From the NCBI GenBank assembly GCA_963716175.1, contig OY970296.1, forward strand, positions 1,293,684 through 1,357,683: a stretch of DNA of 64,000 nucleotides, in the 5' to 3' direction. This DNA is from an uncultured Armatimonadetes bacterium (GTDB lineage: Bacteria; Armatimonadota; Hebobacteria; Hebobacterales; Hebobacteraceae). The translations under genes and the position numbers were made by a program. Below, one piece after another: positions 9,657 through 20,143 of this stretch. Each line of letters opens with the position of its first letter. The stretch's first letter is position 1. The notes below the pieces were generated by a model, which worked only from the letters and a program-made list of their open reading frames with translations, was not told where the DNA came from and made no database searches.

Positions 9657-10489
9657 GTGAAGACAGCCACACGGGCGCGAGGCCGCTGAGTCCTCTGGGA
9701 CTCGCCGTCAGGTTCTACCTCGGACTGGGTGCGCCCGCGAAGCGGGGGAGCTTCGCGAGGTGCCTCCTCCGCGCGGCGCCGGCCTATCCGTTGGAACTGG
9801 TGCAGGCGCTGGTGTCACGTTACCGCGGGGCCAGCGATGCGCCTGAAGGTGCGGTCCAGGTCATCAACTTCCGCTGCGCCCGGATCAGGCCTGCCGGGTG
9901 CGATGGGGCCTTCTTCGTCAAGGAGTTCCCTAGGCACCACGCCCTGCATGATGTGGAGCGGTGGCTGCGCTGTTCTCGCGTGGACCGCGCCTGGCGCGCC
10001 GGGCACCTGCTGCCCAGGCTGGGAGTGCTGACGCCGCGGCCGGTGGGAACGGCACAGGCGCGCCTCGAGACGAGGGCCGTGGCCGAGTATCTGATCACCG
10101 AGTGGCTGGAGGGCGCGGCTCCGTTCCCGCAGTTGCTGAAGGGGGCAGGGGCCGAGCGGCGCGCGGTGCTGCTACAGGAGTTCGCGCGAGAGATGGCGCG
10201 CTGGCATAGCTGCGGCATCTACCTCCGCGACCTGGTGAAGAATGTGCTGGTGACGGAGGCGGAGGAGGGAAGAGGTTACTGGCTGACCGATCTCGACGGT
10301 CTGCATCCACTCCGCCGCGTGACGCGCCGGCGGGTGCTACAGCAGATGCGCCAGCTCGGACACTGGGCGAAGCCCCTGCGGCGGGAGGAGGCGAAGATGA
10401 CCGCCGAGACCTATCTCGGCGAGGCGCACGGAGACGGAGCAGAGGAGATCGTGCAGGCGCTGCTGTTGCCGTCCGCGGCAGCGGATTGA
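9653..10489 (+). CDS. Kdo/WaaP-family lipopolysaccharide kinase-like protein.
   Basis: FFVKEFP, YLITEWLEGA, GIYLRDLVKNVLV, WLTDLDGLH kinase-like motifs; ATGA overlap with the upstream gene. Confidence 0.55.
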   Translation: MSEDSHTGARPLSPLGLAVRFYLGLGAPAKRGSFARCLLRAAPAYPLELVQALVSRYRGASDAPEGAVQVINFRCARIRPAGCDGAFFVKEFPRHHALHDVERWLRCSRVDRAWRAGHLLPRLGVLTPRPVGTAQARLETRAVAEYLITEWLEGAAPFPQLLKGAGAERRAVLLQEFAREMARWHSCGIYLRDLVKNVLVTEAEEGRGYWLTDLDGLHPLRRVTRRRVLQQMRQLGHWAKPLRREEAKMTAETYLGEAHGDGAEEIVQALLLPSAAAD

Positions 10490-10540
10490 CCTGGTTCCCG
10501 GCGCCTGCTACCATACCGAACCAACCGCGGCAGGGAGGTA

Positions 10541-11476
10541 GTGATGCAAGACCCAATCGAGGCGTACTGCCACGTGGGTATCGTGCACCCGATGGCATTC
10601 CCCGAGGTGGCGGCAGGCGAGGGGCCCATCCTTGACACTCTCACCCAGATCGCGACCGACCCGTTCTTCTCGGCCGTCGAGGTGACCGCGATGAAGGACC
10701 GCAAGCTGCGCGCAGAGGCCGCCAGCTTGCTGGCCACCGCGGGCCTGGACGTAGTCTTTGCGGCGCAGCCGCCCCTGCTGCGGGAGCGGCTCAGCCTGTG
10801 CGATGCGAGCGCGGCCGCCCGCGAGAAGGCGGTTGCCCGCGGCAAGGAGCTGATTGACCAGGCCTACGAGCTGGGCGCCACCATCCTGGCCGTGGTCAGC
10901 GGACCTGATCCGGGTGAACCCGGCCGGGCGAAAGCGACCGAGGCCTTGATCGCATCTCTGAAAGCGCTGTGCGCGGACGCGCAGCAGAAGGCCGGCGAGA
11001 GTATGCTGTCCATCTCTCTGGAGAACTTCGACCGCGGCATTGACAAGAAGGCGCTGATCGGCCCCACCAAGGAGGCGGCCCAGGTGGCGGAGGCGGTATA
11101 CTCGGAGTACAGCAACTTCGGCCTCACCATTGACCTCAGCCATCAACCGCTGCTGCGCGAGAGCGCGCACGACATGGTGCTGGCCGCGGTGGACCACCTG
11201 ATTCACGTGCACGTGGGCAACTGCGTGGTCGCGGACAGCAAGCACCCGGCCTATGGTGATAAGCACCCCCGCTTCGGCGTGCCCGGCGGGGTGAATGGAG
11301 TGGAGGAGCTGAAGCGTTTCCTGGAGGCGTTGATCTACGCCGGCTACTTCAAGCGCAACACCCCGACCACGATGCCGGTGGTGAGCTTCGAGGTTCAGCC
11401 CCTGCCCGGCGAAAGCTCTGCGCTGGTGATCGCCAATGCCAAGCGGACGCTGATGCAGGCCTGGGCGCGAATGTAG
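10541..11476 (+). CDS. Sugar phosphate isomerase/epimerase (xylose isomerase-like TIM barrel).
   Basis: TIM-barrel isomerase pattern with conserved E/H/D positions (ISLENFD, HVHVGN). Confidence 0.7.
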   Translation: MMQDPIEAYCHVGIVHPMAFPEVAAGEGPILDTLTQIATDPFFSAVEVTAMKDRKLRAEAASLLATAGLDVVFAAQPPLLRERLSLCDASAAAREKAVARGKELIDQAYELGATILAVVSGPDPGEPGRAKATEALIASLKALCADAQQKAGESMLSISLENFDRGIDKKALIGPTKEAAQVAEAVYSEYSNFGLTIDLSHQPLLRESAHDMVLAAVDHLIHVHVGNCVVADSKHPAYGDKHPRFGVPGGVNGVEELKRFLEALIYAGYFKRNTPTTMPVVSFEVQPLPGESSALVIANAKRTLMQAWARM

Positions 11477-11726
11477 CTAGTGGAAGGCGGTGGGTCCGGT
11501 GAATTCGAGGGGGGAGGGAGGACCCTCCCCCCTCGATTCTTCCCCTCCCCCTCGGTCGGGCGGTGGAATGAGACGAGGCCGACGAGGATTTCGGGTGGCC
11601 TCGCCGAACACCGTGTAGGCGTTCTCTGTGGGGTTCCCAGGCTCGCGGCCGTTTCCGCTGGCAGGTATGCCTCCCCCCCGGCAGTCTCGTGAGGGCTTGT
11701 CCGCCGGCCGTGTGGAGGATTGACTA

Positions 11727-12710
11727 TTGATGAGCAAGGTCTACATCACACGCCCTCTGGCGGAAGAGGCGATGGCGATGGTGCGCGCGGCCGCCGAAGT
11801 GCGGATGTGGCCGGAGCCGGAGGCCCCGCCGCCGCGGGAGGTGATCTTGCGGGAGGTGCAGGAAGCAGATGGGCTGCTCTGTCTGCTCACGGACCAGATA
11901 GACGCGGCGGTGATGGAGGCGGGGAAGAAGCTGCGCGTGATCAGCAACTGCGCGGTGGGGTACGACAATATTGATGTGACGGCGGCCACCGCCCGCCGCA
12001 TCCTGGTGTGCAATACGCCCGGCGTGCTGACCGAGACCACGGCCGACCTGGCCTGGGCCCTGATCATGGCCGTGGCGCGGCGGATCGCGGAGGCCGATCG
12101 CTACCTGCGGGCGGGGAGATGGCGGAGCTGGTCGCCGCAACTGCTGCTGGGCCAGGATGTCTGGGGGGCGACGCTCGGGATCATCGGGCTGGGGCGAATC
12201 GGGCAGGCGGTGGCGCGGCGGGCGAGGGGCTTCGAGATGCGAGTGCTGTACACCGATGTGACGCGTCGCACGCAGGCCGAGCAAGAGCTGGGCGCTGCGT
12301 TCGTTCCGCTGCCGGAACTGCTGCGGCAGTCCGATTTCGTCTCGGTCCATACTCCGCTCACGGCGGAGACGCACCATCTGATCGGAGCGGCCGAGCTGGC
12401 GATGATGAAGCCGAGCGCGGTGCTGGTCAATACCTCGCGGGGGCCGGTGGTGGATGAGCGGGCGCTGGCGGAGGCGCTGGGCGAGGGCCGCATCTTCTCC
12501 GCGGGCCTGGATGTGTTCGAGGAGGAGCCGCTGCCCAAAGAGAGCCCGCTGCTCGGGATCGAGCGGGTCGTGCTGCTGCCGCACGTTGGCTCGGCCAGCG
12601 TCGCCACGCGCACCCGCATGGCGCGCATGGCCGCGGAGAACCTGGTGGCCGGCCTGGCGGGCCGGCGACCACCCTATCTGGTGAATACGGAGGTGCTGCC
12701 ATCATGTTGA
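11727..12710 (+). CDS. D-isomer-specific 2-hydroxyacid dehydrogenase (glyoxylate/hydroxypyruvate reductase-like).
   Basis: NAD-binding [16 protein letters not shown] and catalytic R/E/H signature (SVHTPLT...LVNTSRG...LLPHVGSA). Confidence 0.85.
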   Translation: MMSKVYITRPLAEEAMAMVRAAAEVRMWPEPEAPPPREVILREVQEADGLLCLLTDQIDAAVMEAGKKLRVISNCAVGYDNIDVTAATARRILVCNTPGVLTETTADLAWALIMAVARRIAEADRYLRAGRWRSWSPQLLLGQDVWGATLGIIGLGRIGQAVARRARGFEMRVLYTDVTRRTQAEQELGAAFVPLPELLRQSDFVSVHTPLTAETHHLIGAAELAMMKPSAVLVNTSRGPVVDERALAEALGEGRIFSAGLDVFEEEPLPKESPLLGIERVVLLPHVGSASVATRTRMARMAAENLVAGLAGRRPPYLVNTEVLPSC

Positions 12711-13753
12711 TCTCTTATGACCTGGGGAACTATGTGTTCGATCTGGGAGCCTTCCTCCCGATGGCGATCTTCGATCGCATCACTGAGGTGCGAGTGCGCC
12801 GGCCCCAGTTGATCCTGCAGGAGGCGGAGCGGCGCAAGCGCCGCAGCGACCTGGCGCCGGACGGGAGGCTGGTGCTGCTGGCCGCCGACCATCCGGCGCG
12901 CATGCTCACCGCGGTGGGCGAGAATCCCATCGCCATGGGTGACCGCTATCAGTATCTGGGGCGCATCCTGCGCATCATGAGCGTCCCGGGGGTGGATGGG
13001 GTGATCGCCACCACGGATGTGATCGAAGACCTGCTGATCCTGCAGGCCCTGGTGCGCGAGGCGGGCGGGCCCAGCTTCCTGGACCAGCGCGTGCTGCTGG
13101 GCTCGATGAACCGCTCGGGGCTGGCGGGCTCGGCCTGGGAGACGGATGATCGGCTCACCTGCTTCACCGCGGACTCGCTGGAGGACCTCAACCTGGACGG
13201 CGGCAAAGTGGTGGTGCGCATCTGCCTGGAGGAGCCGGAGCTGACCAATCGCACCCTCTCCTATTGCGCCACCGCGATCTCGGGATGCAACGAGCGGGGC
13301 CTGCCGGTGTTCATCGAACCCGTCCCGGTGAGCAAAGCCAGCGGCCATCTGCGGGTGAAGCGCACCGTGGTTGATATCGTGAAGATGATAGGGGTGGCCT
13401 CCGCCCTGGGTGATTCCTCCCGGGGTCTATGGCTGGAGATCCCCTATTGCGAGGGCTTCGACCGCGTCGCCCGGAGCACCGCGCTGCCCATCGTGGTAGT
13501 GGCCGGAGGCACTACCGATGACCCCACCGCCATGCTCACCCAGTTCAGCGACGCGGTACGCGCGCGCCCCAATGTCCGGGGCGCGCTGGTGGGGCGGAGC
13601 GTGCTATTCCCGGGCGACGATGACCCCATGTCCCTGGGGCTGGCGGTGAACGCGGTGTTCCGCGAGGGCCGGGATGTGGAGGGGGCGATTGATCGGTTGA
13701 TGGCGAGCCGCAATCAGAGCTTCGACGCCATCACCAGATGGGTGACGAGATAG
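12704..13753 (+). CDS. Class I aldolase-like TIM-barrel protein (DhnA/Cgl0159-like family); tentative.
   Basis: About 350 aa; (beta/alpha)8-like pattern; operon partner of a PFK-like kinase. Confidence 0.45.
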   Translation: MLISYDLGNYVFDLGAFLPMAIFDRITEVRVRRPQLILQEAERRKRRSDLAPDGRLVLLAADHPARMLTAVGENPIAMGDRYQYLGRILRIMSVPGVDGVIATTDVIEDLLILQALVREAGGPSFLDQRVLLGSMNRSGLAGSAWETDDRLTCFTADSLEDLNLDGGKVVVRICLEEPELTNRTLSYCATAISGCNERGLPVFIEPVPVSKASGHLRVKRTVVDIVKMIGVASALGDSSRGLWLEIPYCEGFDRVARSTALPIVVVAGGTTDDPTAMLTQFSDAVRARPNVRGALVGRSVLFPGDDDPMSLGLAVNAVFREGRDVEGAIDRLMASRNQSFDAITRWVTR

Positions 13754-13791
13754 CGCGTCGGGACAGAAACGTCCCTGCTAGGGAGGGGCAG

Positions 13792-15009
13792 ATGGCATTG
13801 GCCGGAAACCTGCTGGTTGGCCAATCAGGTGGTCCCACCGCGGTGATCAACGCCAGCCTGGCGGGGGTGATCGAGGAGGCGAAGCGGCATGCCGAGATCG
13901 CCGCTATCTATGGGGCGGCGAATGGGGTGGAGGGCCTGCTGAAGGAAGACCTGGTGGATCTGCGAGCAGAGTCGGCCGAGGCGCTGGCCCTGCTGGCGGC
14001 CACCCCCTCGGCCGCGCTGGGCTCCTGCCGCAAGAAGCTCAGCGCCGCCGACTACCAGCGCCTGGTGGCGATCTTCCAGGCTCACAATGTCCGCTACTTT
14101 CTCTACATCGGCGGCAACGACTCGGCCGACACCAGCCACCGGGTGGGCCAGGCGGCAAAGGAGGCGGGGTGGGAGCTGCGGGTGATGGGTGTGCCCAAGA
14201 CCATTGACAACGATCTTGCCTACACCGACCACTGCCCCGGCTACGGGAGCGTCGCCCGCTTCAACGCGATGGCCGTGCGCGACGCCGGGCTTGACACGGC
14301 GGCGATGTACAGCGTGGACACGGTGAAGATCATCGAGACCATGGGCCGGAACGCGGGCTGGATCACGGCCTCCTCGGCGCTGGCGCGGGAGCGGCCCGGC
14401 GACTCTCCGCACCTCATCTACCTGCCGGAGCGGCCCTTCGACCGGGAGCGATTCCTGGCTGATATCAAGCGGGAGGTGGCGAAGGGACGGGGCTGCGTGG
14501 TGGTGGCGTGTGAGGGGCTGCGGGATGCGGAGGGGAAGGTGCTGGTATCGTTCCAGCACGCGGTGGGGACCGACTCCTTCGGGCACAGCCAACTGGGCGG
14601 CGTCGCGGACTATCTGGTGAACCTGATCGCGGAGGAGCTGGGGATCAAGGCCCGCTTCGACAAGGCCGGCACCATCCAGCGCGTCTTCGGCCTGGCGCAA
14701 TCCGAGGTGGATGTGGCGGAGGCGAGGATGGTGGGCGCGGCGGCGGTGGCGCAGGCCTGCCAGGGCGTGAGCGACCACATGGTCACCCTGGAGCGGGTGA
14801 GCCAGCAGCCCTACCGCTGCGAGACCTCCCTGGCGCGGCTGGAGGCAGTGGCGAACGCCGAGCGACCCATGCCGAACGAGTTCATCAGCGAAGCCAGCAA
14901 CGATGTCACCCCGGCCTTCATCGCCTGGGCGCGGCCCCTGATCGGCGGCGAGCTGCCGCCCTATGCCAGGCTGAAGATGACCCCAGTGCCCAAGAAGACC
15001 GGGGGTTAG
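13792..15009 (+). CDS. pfk: 6-phosphofructokinase family sugar-phosphate kinase (PFK-A type).
   Basis: [29 protein letters not shown] motifs; strong SD gggagggg upstream of ATG 13792. Confidence 0.8.
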   Translation: MALAGNLLVGQSGGPTAVINASLAGVIEEAKRHAEIAAIYGAANGVEGLLKEDLVDLRAESAEALALLAATPSAALGSCRKKLSAADYQRLVAIFQAHNVRYFLYIGGNDSADTSHRVGQAAKEAGWELRVMGVPKTIDNDLAYTDHCPGYGSVARFNAMAVRDAGLDTAAMYSVDTVKIIETMGRNAGWITASSALARERPGDSPHLIYLPERPFDRERFLADIKREVAKGRGCVVVACEGLRDAEGKVLVSFQHAVGTDSFGHSQLGGVADYLVNLIAEELGIKARFDKAGTIQRVFGLAQSEVDVAEARMVGAAAVAQACQGVSDHMVTLERVSQQPYRCETSLARLEAVANAERPMPNEFISEASNDVTPAFIAWARPLIGGELPPYARLKMTPVPKKTGG

Positions 15010-15019
15010 GAGCGAAGCC

Positions 15020-15742
15020 ATGCCCAGAGCCGATGGGCGGGGCCACCAGGAGTTGCGCCTGGTGAGCATGGCCACCGGCTACAATAAGTACGCGGAGGGC
15101 TCGTGCCTGATCGAGCTAGGCGACACGGTGGTGATCTGCACCGCCTCCGTGCTCCCTGAGGTGCCCCGGTTCATGGCCGGCGCACAGCGGGGGTGGGTGA
15201 CCGCGGAGTACGGGATGCTGCCTCGCGCCGGCTCCGAGCGCACCCCGCGTGCCCGCATCCAGAGCAGCGGCCGCACCTACGAGATCCAGCGCATGGTGGG
15301 GCGAGCGCTGCGGGCGATAGTTGACCTGGACGCGCTGGGGGAGCGCACCATCACCCTGGACTGCGATGTGCTGCAGGCCGACGGCGGCACCAGGACGGCG
15401 GCGGTGACGGGGTCCTACGTGGCGCTGATGGAGGCGCTGAAGCGGCTGCAGTCGGACGGCGTCTTCGCCAAGATCCCGGCCTTCGAGGCCCTGGCCGCGG
15501 TGAGTGTGGGAGTGGTCTCCGGCGAGGTGGTGCTCGACCTGAACTACGCCGAGGACAGCATGGCCTCCGTGGACATGAATGTGGTGATGACCGGCGGGGG
15601 GAAGTTCGTGGAGGTGCAGGGGACGGCGGAGGGGATGCCGTTCTCGCGGGAGCGCCTGGAGGAAATGCTGGCGCTTGCCGGTTCCGGTATCAAGCAGTTA
15701 TTAGCTCTGCAGAGAAAGGCGCTGGAGGAAGGTTCGGCGTGA
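15020..15742 (+). CDS. rph: Ribonuclease PH.
   Basis: Full-length RNase PH signature ([19 protein letters not shown]). Confidence 0.9.
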   Translation: MPRADGRGHQELRLVSMATGYNKYAEGSCLIELGDTVVICTASVLPEVPRFMAGAQRGWVTAEYGMLPRAGSERTPRARIQSSGRTYEIQRMVGRALRAIVDLDALGERTITLDCDVLQADGGTRTAAVTGSYVALMEALKRLQSDGVFAKIPAFEALAAVSVGVVSGEVVLDLNYAEDSMASVDMNVVMTGGGKFVEVQGTAEGMPFSRERLEEMLALAGSGIKQLLALQRKALEEGSA

Positions 15743-16359
15743 GCCGGCCGCAGCGCGTCGTGGTGGCCAGCCGCAACCGCGCCAAGGCTGCGGAGATCGC
15801 TCAGATTCTGGCCGACGCGGGGTTGGGCCTGGAGGTGGTGAGCCTCGCGGACTTCCCTCACGTCATGCTGCCCGCTGAGACGGACGCCAGCTTCGCCGCC
15901 AATGCCGCCGCCAAGGCCCGGCAGGCCGCGGACGCCACTGGCCTGCCCGCCATTGCCGATGACTCCGGGCTGGAAGTGGACGCGCTCGGCGGGGAGCCGG
16001 GCGTGCGCTCCGCCCGCTACGCCGGGGAAGGGGCGAGCGATGAGGCGCGCTATCGCAAGGTGTTGGCCTTGCTGGCCGGGGTGCCGGACGAACAGCGGGG
16101 AGCGCGATTCCGCTGCGCCGCGGCCTATGCCGAGCCCGACGGTGAGGTGATGCTGGCCGAAGGGACTTGCCCGGGCCGGATCGCGCGGGAGCCGGCCGGG
16201 TCGGGGGGATTCGGCTATGATCCCATCTTCATCCCAGAGGGCTACCAGATCACCATGGCCCAGCTCACCCCGGCCCAGAAGCACGCGATCAGCCACCGGG
16301 GCCGCGCCTTCCGGCTGCTGGCGAAGGTGTTGCGGGGCCGCCCAAGCGCCGCGGATTGA
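15739..16359 (+). CDS. rdgB: Non-canonical purine NTP pyrophosphatase (RdgB/HAM1).
   Basis: Ham1 motifs ([12 protein letters not shown]); canonical rph-rdgB pair. Confidence 0.85.
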   Translation: MSRPQRVVVASRNRAKAAEIAQILADAGLGLEVVSLADFPHVMLPAETDASFAANAAAKARQAADATGLPAIADDSGLEVDALGGEPGVRSARYAGEGASDEARYRKVLALLAGVPDEQRGARFRCAAAYAEPDGEVMLAEGTCPGRIAREPAGSGGFGYDPIFIPEGYQITMAQLTPAQKHAISHRGRAFRLLAKVLRGRPSAAD

Positions 16360-16395
16360 CGCCTGGTGTGGCCCGCGAGTATACTCGCGGGCAGC
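16354..16395 (+). promoter_or_regulatory. Sigma70-like promoter TTGACG-N18-TATACT upstream of tRNA-Pro, overlapping a 20-bp perfect palindrome cccgcgagtatactcgcggg.
   Basis: Hexamers and palindrome read directly from the sequence. Confidence 0.4.
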
Positions 16396-16440
16396 GGGCG
16401 ACCGCAGGGGGTCGCCCCTACGAGCGAATGTCGGCATCAT

Positions 16441-16514
16441 CGGGGCGTAGCGCAGCTTGGTAGCGCGCCTGCCTTGGGCGCAGGAGGTCGCGTGTTCAAA
16501 TCACGCCGCCCCGA
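16441..16514 (+). tRNA. tRNA-Pro (anticodon UGG).
   Basis: Cloverleaf: acceptor CGGGGCG/CGCCCCG, D-arm GCGC-AGCTTGGTA-GCGC, anticodon stem CCTGC/GCAGG with loop CTTGGGC, T-arm GCGTG-TTCAAAT-CACGC, discriminator A; no encoded CCA. Confidence 0.85.
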
Positions 16515-16837
16515 CTAGTGCCAGCAGCTCCCCACCTGCTGACGGCGGTGCCACCGAGAGGTCCCATGGCCAAGAGGAGGGCCGCCGGGCTGCTCTGTCG
16601 GCGAAGAGGCCCACAGCAGGGCCTCAGGCAGCAGGAACCAAGCCCTGTTTCCGGGAAACGCTGTGTCGTGGGCGCCTCCTCTCTGAGTTACCCCTAGGCA
16701 ATCCCGCTTTCGCGCGTCTCCGTGGCCCGCACCCATAGCACCCCACCATCGAGGTGGGTCACAGAGACGGGCCGGCTGCTTCGGGCACCGGCCCGGCGGC
16801 GAGCCGCGGGCTGGGCAAGATGGGAGGATGTGAGGGC

Positions 16838-17704
16838 ATGACGAGGACTGCGTTGCAGGAGTCGGCAGGAAGTGGCAAGGCCGGTAGGACGGGTAGGATG
16901 GCGACTGTGCAGTCGGCCGCGCGAACGGTCGGCATCATCAAGGCGCTGCTGCACTCTCCCAAGGGGGCGAGCCTGACCGAGCTGAGTGACGGCCTCTCGC
17001 TGCACAAGACGACTGTGCTGCGCTTGCTGCGGACACTGGAGGCGGAAGCCGTGCTCGAGCGAGACCGCGACTCGGGGCGCTACCGGCCGACCTCTCGATT
17101 CTGGCTCACCATCGCGATGGCGTTCGGCGACGTGCAATCCATCAAGGACGGTGTCCGGGAGCTGCTGGCAGGGCTGGCGGAGAGGACGGGAGCAACCGCA
17201 GTGCTGGCGCTCCCGGATGAGGACCAACGGAGAATGGTAGTGGTGATGTACGCGCTGGCCAGTCAGCCGCTGCTGGTGGATCCGGGGCGAGTGCGAGTGG
17301 GGCCCATGCACGCGGCCTCCGGGGGCAAGTGCTATCTCGCCAGCCTCCCCGAAGCCGAGCTGCAGGCATGGGTGAGGTGTGGCCTGCCCAAGGTGACGCG
17401 TAACACCACCACCTCGCGCCAGAAGCTGCTGCAGGAGATTGGCGCGGTGCGCCGGCGAGGATATGCCTTCAGCCGCGAGGAGCTGGTTCCGGGCTGCTCC
17501 GGTTTGGCAGTGTCGCTGCGGGACGACCGGAGCCAGGTGATCGGATCGCTGGAACTGGTGGTGCCAGCGCCCCGGCTGACACAGAGGAATGTGCAGCGCT
17601 GGCTGCCGGCGCTGCGAGAGACCGCGGAGAGGCTCTCCGCTCTGGTGCGCCACGCTTCGCTGGGACGAGACGAGGGCGCCCAGGGTAGCGCTCCGATGCT
17701 CTGA
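16838..17704 (+). CDS. IclR-family transcriptional regulator.
   Basis: N-terminal HTH (ASLTELSDGLSLHKTTVLRLLRTLE) plus C-terminal IclR effector domain. Confidence 0.75.
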   Translation: MTRTALQESAGSGKAGRTGRMATVQSAARTVGIIKALLHSPKGASLTELSDGLSLHKTTVLRLLRTLEAEAVLERDRDSGRYRPTSRFWLTIAMAFGDVQSIKDGVRELLAGLAERTGATAVLALPDEDQRRMVVVMYALASQPLLVDPGRVRVGPMHAASGGKCYLASLPEAELQAWVRCGLPKVTRNTTTSRQKLLQEIGAVRRRGYAFSREELVPGCSGLAVSLRDDRSQVIGSLELVVPAPRLTQRNVQRWLPALRETAERLSALVRHASLGRDEGAQGSAPML

Positions 17705-17824
17705 CACGACCGGGTATCGGGCGGGACCGAAGCCGACCCGGCCCACCCAAGATAGGGCTCTGTAGCTCTTATAATGTGTTCTGGCGAATCCACCCCCTCC
17801 CCCTCTTGCACATAGCGGAATGGG

Positions 17825-17858
17825 GTTGCATTTTCGCCCCCACCTGTGGTATCATAGG
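17825..17858 (+). promoter_or_regulatory. Candidate promoter TTGCAT-N18-TATCAT preceding an approximately 300-nt structured leader.
   Basis: Hexamers seen directly. A downstream 10-bp-stem hairpin ccggccccgg...ccggggccgg is followed by atttctaatctcc. Confidence 0.35.
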
Positions 17859-18161
17859 CGAACAGGCGACGTGCAGGTGGGGTGAGCGCGGTGAGACTCA
17901 CTCCTCTGCTGTCGGTTTCCGGCCCCGGCAGCGCGTTTCGTGCTCCGTATCCCCCTCACGTTGAGCACACGCCGGGGCCGGATTTCTAATCTCCTTGTTG
18001 CACACCCGTGGTTTGCCTCTTCCCGCCCTCAGACAGCCGGTGTCGGTGACAAGGGCGGATCTCGGCCGCGCTGCCTGCTCTCCCCCAGCAGCCATCACGT
18101 CGCGACTGGGCGGCGGGCTGTGGCAATTCCCCTGAGAGGGCCCGATCAAAACTAGCTCCAG

Positions 18162-18452
18162 GTGGAGGCAGTTGCGATGTGGACAGCGGGAAGCGCTTGG
18201 CTTGCGGCGCTGGTGGCGGGCGTCATCGTCGGCGTCGTCATTCACTACTTGATCGCGGCGCGTCGCCGAAGCCCGTGGTGGACTTCGGCACTGGCCGGCC
18301 TGGTGGGGGCTGTGCTGGGCCGGATGCTGCTGAGCTTCTCCTTCCTAGCCTGGCATCCTCACTTTCTGGGCGCCGTCCTGGGGGCACTGGTGCTGTCTCT
18401 GATCTGGGCGCTCACCAGGCCTCTCGCACAGGCAGCGCCGCCGGCTAGCTGA
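18162..18452 (+). CDS. GlsB/YeaQ/YmgE-family small membrane protein.
   Basis: Two TM segments with GxxxG-like repeats (LAALVAGVIVGVV...LAGLVGAVLGRML). Confidence 0.55.
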   Translation: MEAVAMWTAGSAWLAALVAGVIVGVVIHYLIAARRRSPWWTSALAGLVGAVLGRMLLSFSFLAWHPHFLGAVLGALVLSLIWALTRPLAQAAPPAS

Positions 18453-18942
18453 GGGCGCGACGGCAGAGACGCCCGACAGACCCCAGGCAGCTTCTCAGGC
18501 TGGCCGAGAGGCGAAGTGGACGCGCCTTATGCCTGGCCGCCTCTGGGCGCCTGTAGGCCCTCTTTTCGCGGTTTCCGGCAAGAGTGACGCGGGCGGTTGT
18601 GAGGGTCTTCCCCCGCATTCCCTTCCCGCGGGCGCAAGATTTCGCGGGAGGGCCATGTCCATTCTGTGGAAAGACTCCTGACAGAGCAGTGGCCGAGTCA
18701 GGGGCCATGACGGGCTCCTGGCCGGCAGCGATGGACTTGGACGCACAGGCAGAGCCCGGTTCCCCACTGAGTCCACCACGCAGGAAGCTAGCTTCCGGGG
18801 GGGCGTCCAGGCGCACGGGACGACGGAGCATTCTTGCCGTCCCCAGCAGAACATGCCGTCAGGCTGGATCAAAGCCAACGCGGCTGCGCTGAGCCGCGGT
18901 GGTGGGAGCTTTGCCACGGCCTTTCAGGGGGAACGACTGGCC

Positions 18943-19350
18943 ATGTACTCGCGTACGCGCCGGGGTGGCTTCAGCCTCACCGAGTGCCTCGTCACGGCCT
19001 TGCTCCTGGGGATCGGCGTGGTGGGTGTGGCCAGCATGTTCGTCTACGCCACTGGCTCAGAGCGGAAGGCGCTTTACACCGCACAGGCGCGAACCATCGC
19101 TGAGCAGACTCTGGAGAACGTCCGCGCCCAGGGCTACGGAGTGTTCACGCAGCCCTCGGGCAGCGCCACCATCCCGACCCTGGGGCTGCCCCGGGCGACG
19201 GGGACGCTGGCCTGGCAGCCCTATCCCGATAGCGGCTCGGAGCAGGGCCTGAAGCTGGTGGCCGTGAATGTGAGCTGGCGCTGGGGGGGTCCCAGCAGTG
19301 GTCAGTACCGACTGGTGACTCTGATGTCAAGGCCGGAGGGGGGTAGAGCG
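18943..19350 (+). CDS. pilV: Type IV pilus minor pilin, PilV-like (prepilin leader MYSRTRRG/GFSLTE). No stop codon before the next pilin start.
   Basis: Class III signal-peptide motif G-FSLTE with Glu+5, followed by a hydrophobic helix LVTALLLGIGVVGVASMF. Confidence 0.6.
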
Positions 19351-20109
19351 ATGCGCGCTGCGAGAGGGATAGACCGCGTGCGGGGCACCGCGCTCTGTGA
19401 GTGGATCATGGCCATGTTCATCAGCGGCCTCCTGTTCTCCGTGCTGCCGGGATTCTACTTCGGATACATCAAGGTTTGGGGGCGAGAGGCCAGCAGGCTA
19501 GGAGGGGCGGAACGGGCTGACCTGGTGCTGCAGCGGATGCAGGAAGAGATCCGCAATGCCCGCGGGGCCACCGTTTCCTCAGACGGGACCGCTTTGGGGA
19601 TAGTGCTGCCCAAGCAGCACTACGATGCGACCGTGGGCCGCCCAGTGAACGATATAGACGCCTCCGGTCAGTTGGTGGACGGAGACCAGGTGCATTACTA
19701 CTTCCTGGCCGACCCCGCCGGCACGGGCGCGGATTCCGGCGGGTTCCTCCGCCGGGTGCAGCGAGCAGATGGCTCCTGGCTCTCACCCCGGCTGATCACC
19801 GACGAGATCCATCCGGAACTCAACCCACTGGCGCCCGGCGGGAGCAGCCCGCGACCCATCTTCGCCTACGACCCGACGCTGCGGATGGTCACGATCACGG
19901 TGAGTGCGGCCGAGGCCAAGCCCTCTGCCGGGAGCTTCGCGCCCACGGCCCAGCAGCCCAGGTGCTCGCGAGACGGCGGAACCCTGATCCGGGTCGCCAC
20001 CGGCTCCCACCCGGAGGGAGAGATCCGGTGCAGCCGGTGTGGGACCCAGGTCCGGCCCAATGTGGAGATAATGACCTATCAGACCCAACTCCTGCTCCGG
20101 AACAAGTAG
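19351..20109 (+). CDS. pilW: Type IV pilus minor pilin, PilW-like. It is in frame with the PilV-like ORF and has its own strong SD and ATG.
   Basis: GGAGGGGGG SD 8 nt upstream of ATG 19351; divergent prepilin motif RG/TALCEW with Glu+5; hydrophobic helix IMAMFISGLLFSVL. Confidence 0.55.
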   Translation: MRAARGIDRVRGTALCEWIMAMFISGLLFSVLPGFYFGYIKVWGREASRLGGAERADLVLQRMQEEIRNARGATVSSDGTALGIVLPKQHYDATVGRPVNDIDASGQLVDGDQVHYYFLADPAGTGADSGGFLRRVQRADGSWLSPRLITDEIHPELNPLAPGGSSPRPIFAYDPTLRMVTITVSAAEAKPSAGSFAPTAQQPRCSRDGGTLIRVATGSHPEGEIRCSRCGTQVRPNVEIMTYQTQLLLRNK

Positions 20110-20143
20110 CATCCTCAGCCAGGCCGGAGGGAGGCAAGAGCAA

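Noticed and set aside
13825-15075. 416-aa minus-strand ORF
   Set aside because: Antisense to PFK; Arg/Pro/Gly-rich.
16694-17746. 350-aa minus-strand ORF
   Set aside because: Antisense to the IclR regulator gene.
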